Below, in pieces: positions 60,478 through 64,000 of a stretch of DNA of 64,000 nt. Positions within the stretch are counted from its first letter, which is position 1; every line of letters begins with the position of its first letter. A model generated the notes under the pieces. That model was given only the letters and a program-made list of their open reading frames with translations. It had not been told where the DNA came from and did not search any database. Made by a program: the position numbers and the translations under genes. Source of the DNA: Ruminococcus sp. (lineage in GTDB: Bacteria; Bacillota; Clostridia; Oscillospirales; Ruminococcaceae); assembly GCA_018376535.1 (NCBI GenBank), contig JAHABC010000001.1:186066-250065 (forward strand), given 5' to 3'.

Positions 60478-61074
60478 TTATAACATACCAGCCTTCTTGA
60501 AGTGTTTATTAAACATTGCTTTAGTTATAAACAATCCTATAATAGAACATATTATTGGTGCTACAAATAGAACTATCAACATTGGTGTAGATGAAAAACC
60601 TTCTAAGGTTGCAATATAGTCAGCAGACATACCTTGTTCCTTTAGTTGGTTAAAAAAGCTATCGTGTATTAGCCATACTGGAAGTGGTGAACCTACCATT
60701 CCTAATGAAAATAATACAAATGATACAGCATTTCCTTTAAAAGTATTGTATTTAAACAGATATCTAACTAATTCAGCCAAAAGACAACTTATCAAGAAAC
60801 TTACAAGAATTATTACAGTAAACTGTCCAGTAACGAAGTATATCAAGCCAGTAATAAAGCCCATTATTAGAACTGCTCCAAACTTTTGAACCTTTGTACA
60901 CATCAACATATATGGAATACCTGATAATAATGATATAAGTGCAGGAAGTAGTATCCAAACTATAGGGTGCAAACCACTTAATATCATAAATATGAAGTTT
61001 ATTACAAAGTATATAGCCGAAAATATACCTATTGTAATTAAATCTTTGCCTTTTAGAGTTTTATTATTATCCAT
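60478..61074 (-). CDS. Putative ECF-transporter substrate-specific (S) component, a small 6-TM membrane protein
   Basis: 198 aa and highly hydrophobic. It lies immediately upstream of EcfT with a 2-nt gap, in the standard S-T-A gene order of a dedicated ECF module. An AGGAGG RBS is present. Confidence 0.55.
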   Translation of the reverse strand: MDNNKTLKGKDLITIGIFSAIYFVINFIFMILSGLHPIVWILLPALISLLSGIPYMLMCTKVQKFGAVLIMGFITGLIYFVTGQFTVIILVSFLISCLLAELVRYLFKYNTFKGNAVSFVLFSLGMVGSPLPVWLIHDSFFNQLKEQGMSADYIATLEGFSSTPMLIVLFVAPIICSIIGLFITKAMFNKHFKKAGML

Positions 61075-61115
61075 AAAATAGCCTCCTAAGAATATTATAC
61101 AATAAACACTCTAAA

Positions 61116-61132
61116 GGTTAGCAGAGCTAACC
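61116..61132. promoter_or_regulatory. Palindrome GGTTAGC-aga-GCTAACC (same half-site as the FAAL/ABC operators, with a 3-nt spacer) between the NRPS stop and the ECF S gene
   Basis: The extended form AAGGTTAGCAGAGCTAACCTT is a perfect 9-3-9 inverted repeat, about 45 bp upstream of the S-component start. It could alternatively act as a weak terminator hairpin for the NRPS gene. Confidence 0.45.
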
Positions 61133-61155
61133 TTTTAGAATATCTATTATTTGGA

Positions 61156-64000
61156 TTAAAATTGTTCTATTAATTCAGCCAATTTCTTAGCATTAGTAGG
61201 GTCTTCAACACAAGAATAGTGGTTTCCATCAGCATAAAAGACCTCAAAATCTCCTAAGCAGATATCTCGCCAGAACTCCATACTTCTTTCGTTGCTATAG
61301 AATGAGTTATACGATTCTTTAGCATTAACATAACGAACATCGCCAACGTAAGCATCAATATCCGATGTTATACAGTGTGTAGTTTGAGCAAATATCTCAA
61401 AGTAGCTTTTTAAGATATCTGGAGATATCTTTTCATTAGATTTTTTATTAACAATATCGGCATACTTTTGGAAACGCTCATCTTTAGACATTGTTGAAAG
61501 TTTTTCTAATGGAACGCTCATATAAGATAGTTCACTATCAGATTTAATCTTATCAAGAACATCTTCTGGAATACAACCGAACTTTTCAGTTATCTTCATA
61601 AAGTCGAAAGTATCGCCTACTATACCCAACTCATTGAAATCCACATTAAAGTTAGGCATGAACATCAATTCCATGAATAGTTCGTTGTTAATCTTCCAAG
61701 GAATAGTTTGAGCATCTATTAGAACCATATCCACGATTTCAACATCTGCCTCTTGAAGTCTGTTAGCAGTTTGAGTGGATAACCAAGCACCAAAAGAATG
61801 TCCAATCAATTGAACTTGTTTGTAACCAGTTTCTAATATCAACTTAGCATAGTCATCAACTAGAGTTTGTAAGCAAGTATCCTTATTCAATTGACAATAC
61901 TGTTTAATATCTCTAATGGATATAGTCATAACCTTACCTTTATTTTGATGTATCATTTCAGTTATCAAGTTAGACATATTGTTTACAGTACCCAATCCCG
62001 AATGGAACACCACTCTAAGAGGGCCATCACCAGCATCATAGAACTTAACTTCTCCAATACTGTTATTAGAACTATTATCATTAGAAGTATCTTGTACACA
62101 AGATTTATCTTCTATAAATCTTGATAGTTCAATAATAGTAGGGTGATTTAATATAAATCTAAGTAACTCATCAAAAGGAATGTTTTTAGCAATACTTTCT
62201 CTAAGTTTACCAGTTATTTGAGCCATTATTAAAGAGTCTGCACCATATTCAAATAGATTATCATTTAATTGAATACCTCTAATACCAGTATTTTCACATA
62301 TCGAAAGAATTTCTTTTTGAAGTTCTGTATAGTTTTGATTATCTACACTTACAGACTTAACACTTACACTATTAGATATCTTATTTTTAGCAAGTTCAAG
62401 TAACTGTTTTCTATCTATTTTGCTATTAGCAGTTATAGGTAGATTGTCTAACATTGAAAAACTAGAAGGCATCATGTAAGTTGGAAGATACTCTTTAATA
62501 TAGTCTTTAAGTTCGGAACTTTCAAGATTATACTTGTTAGTCTTGAACTGTTTTATAAATAGTTCCAAGCCGAAACTCTTTAAAGGACTATCATTTTTAG
62601 GGAATACTACAGTAGATGCGTTATTATCTACAATATTTAAAGCGTTCAACCAATCATTAGAGTCTAAAAAGGCTTTATTCTGTCTTAAAGAGTCCTCTGG
62701 TTTGGTCATCAAGAAACCTTGAGAAGCTAATATCCAAACTTCTTCCTTAACTGGTTCGGTGAATAAGAAGAATCCATTAGGTTTAATCAACTTTTTGATG
62801 TTGTTCAAACTATTTAAGATATCTTTAGCATTTTCTAATACACCTACTGCTATGATTATATCATAAGAGTTATCAGAAAAACCTTGTGCATATATATCTT
62901 CATCAATGTTAAGTGGATATACACTTACTCGATTATTATTTTCAAACTTCTTTTTAGCGTTAGGAATAAAGAACTTATTAATATCTGTAACATGATAAGT
63001 ATAGTTGCTATCACCAAGAGTTCTCATAACCTGTTCCGATGTTGCACAAGTACCAGCACCAACTTCAAGGATATTAACTTTTCTATCTTGTGATTTAACA
63101 AATCTATTAACAAACTCGCAAATGCAGATGTTTAAATATTTAGACATCTTATTATTTACATACATATCCAATACTATATCATTTTTACCATCTGGATATA
63201 ATAGTTTAATAGGGTCTTCTTGTTTGCATAGTAGCTTGTTCAATCTAGTGGAACTCTTATATAGGTAGTCATAGAATATATCTGCACCCATCTCCGATAG
63301 CCAATTAGATTTTAAATCTGCCCATAGAGAGTTAATATCTTCCATAGATACGTTACTATACTTAGCATTAATCTTGTAAGAGTCGTTACTTTTGGTTATA
63401 TAATTGTTATTAACTAATAGTTTAACCCAATATTCAACTAACCATTTATATTGATTATCAATTGAACCACACTCTAAGAGTTGTTGCATAGTAAACTCAT
63501 CACTATTGATACAATTCTTAATTGCAAAAATCATAGATTGCATAATAGCATTATCTTTAACTAATACGGCATCATCAAGCACTTTTTTAGTTAGATGGTT
63601 CATAGTCAATTCTGCGTTTGCATTAAGATTTTCATACAATCTTTCAGACTTTTCTAAAATTGAACTTCTTTCTTCTTTAGAATTAACCTTAGTTTCGTAG
63701 TAGCACAATAAAGATTTTTCATCATTACTTTCATAGTATACAACGGCACTATTTTCAACCTTAGGATTTTCGTCTATAGCGTGTTCAATTTCGCCCAACT
63801 CTATACGATGTCCATTAAGTTTTATTTGATGGTCTGCTCTACCTAAAAATTCAATTTCGCCATTAGAATGATATTTTCCTAAATCACCAGTTTTGTACAT
63901 CATTTCGCCAGTAGATTTATCTTTAATAAATTGAGCGTTAGTCTTTTCGATATCGTTGTAATATCCAGTAGCTAGACCCTTACCCAAGATATATATTTCA
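61156..64000 (-). CDS. NRPS terminal module, 5'-truncated at the window edge: ...A(with embedded methyltransferase)-PCP-TE (PchF-like)
   Basis: The frame is open to the window end (EIYILGKGLATGYY, the A6 motif). The tabulated M is an internal TTG. A-domain motifs are YKTGDLGKY (A7) and GRADHQIKLNGHRIELGEIE (A8). An approximately 400-aa insert with the SAM motif ILEVGAGTCATS follows, then NLPITANSKIDRKQL (A10). The PCP reads FEYGADSL. The TE has GHSFGAW (GxSxG). Confidence 0.85.
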   Translation of the reverse strand, partial: EIYILGKGLATGYYNDIEKTNAQFIKDKSTGEMMYKTGDLGKYHSNGEIEFLGRADHQIKLNGHRIELGEIEHAIDENPKVENSAVVYYESNDEKSLLCYYETKVNSKEERSSILEKSERLYENLNANAELTMNHLTKKVLDDAVLVKDNAIMQSMIFAIKNCINSDEFTMQQLLECGSIDNQYKWLVEYWVKLLVNNNYITKSNDSYKINAKYSNVSMEDINSLWADLKSNWLSEMGADIFYDYLYKSSTRLNKLLCKQEDPIKLLYPDGKNDIVLDMYVNNKMSKYLNICICEFVNRFVKSQDRKVNILEVGAGTCATSEQVMRTLGDSNYTYHVTDINKFFIPNAKKKFENNNRVSVYPLNIDEDIYAQGFSDNSYDIIIAVGVLENAKDILNSLNNIKKLIKPNGFFLFTEPVKEEVWILASQGFLMTKPEDSLRQNKAFLDSNDWLNALNIVDNNASTVVFPKNDSPLKSFGLELFIKQFKTNKYNLESSELKDYIKEYLPTYMMPSSFSMLDNLPITANSKIDRKQLLELAKNKISNSVSVKSVSVDNQNYTELQKEILSICENTGIRGIQLNDNLFEYGADSLIMAQITGKLRESIAKNIPFDELLRFILNHPTIIELSRFIEDKSCVQDTSNDNSSNNSIGEVKFYDAGDGPLRVVFHSGLGTVNNMSNLITEMIHQNKGKVMTISIRDIKQYCQLNKDTCLQTLVDDYAKLILETGYKQVQLIGHSFGAWLSTQTANRLQEADVEIVDMVLIDAQTIPWKINNELFMELMFMPNFNVDFNELGIVGDTFDFMKITEKFGCIPEDVLDKIKSDSELSYMSVPLEKLSTMSKDERFQKYADIVNKKSNEKISPDILKSYFEIFAQTTHCITSDIDAYVGDVRYVNAKESYNSFYSNERSMEFWRDICLGDFEVFYADGNHYSCVEDPTNAKKLAELIEQF

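Noticed and set aside
61116-61132. Interpreting the GGTTAGC-AGA-GCTAACC palindrome purely as the terminator of the NRPS gene
   Set aside because: The tail on the transcribed (minus) strand is not a clean U tract. The half-site is identical to the four operator-like sites at 49.8-50.2 kb. A regulatory role is therefore kept as the primary call, with a possible dual function noted.
1-64000. CRISPR arrays, tRNA/rRNA genes, transposases or integrases
   Set aside because: No spaced direct-repeat arrays, no tRNA-like cloverleaf sequences in intergenic regions, and no ORF with recombinase or transposase motifs were seen in any frame.

Overview
This is a low-GC (about 30% GC) Firmicutes/Clostridia-type chromosomal window; a dockerin-bearing LRR surface protein suggests a cellulosome-producing organism. 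It has three parts.

(1) 1-14.3 kb. A cell-envelope and sensing operon comes first: an N-acetylmuramoyl-L-alanine amidase N-terminus, an orphan Cache-like membrane sensor, a small membrane protein and a GGDEF diguanylate cyclase. A large minus-strand polysaccharide-uptake locus follows. It contains a 972-aa fused solute-binding protein, two separate pairs of ABC permeases, an NHL/TPR surface protein, a Yip1 membrane protein and a 783-aa secreted protein. No ATPase is present in the locus.

(2) 14.6-38.9 kb. This is a housekeeping backbone: rpiB, upp, glmS, tsaB-tsaE, fhs, mnmA, ackA, tmcAL, greA-lysS, a tatD-family hydrolase, rsmE and GTP-PEPCK. It is interrupted by accessory genes: the LRR-dockerin protein, a GtrB-like GT2, an EpsG-like polymerase, a Lys-rich hypothetical protein, and a three-gene operon of paralogous membrane-anchored proteins, one with a zinc ribbon.

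(3) 39.1-64.0 kb. This is a hybrid fatty-acyl/PKS/NRPS biosynthetic gene cluster that runs off the right edge.
- Biosynthetic genes: a FAAL-ACP starter, a 2562-aa megasynthase KS-AT-ACP-Cy-A(Cys)-PCP-Cy, a type II thioesterase, and a separately transcribed PchF-like terminal module ...A(embedded MT)-PCP-TE that is truncated at the window end.
- Transporters embedded in the cluster: an ECF-type importer (S, T and fused double ATPase), a YbtPQ/PchHI-like pair of ABC half-transporters, and a MacB/FtsX-type ATPase plus a 1219-aa permease with three tandem ectodomain repeats.
- Regulation: a GTTAGC-N3/4-GCTAAC palindrome recurs five times in the cluster's promoter regions, consistent with one repressor or activator controlling all three units.

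The logic resembles pyochelin/yersiniabactin-type thiazoline metallophore assembly, but primed with a fatty acid rather than salicylate. The product and function are inferred, not demonstrated. No rRNA, tRNA, CRISPR array or obvious mobile element was seen.
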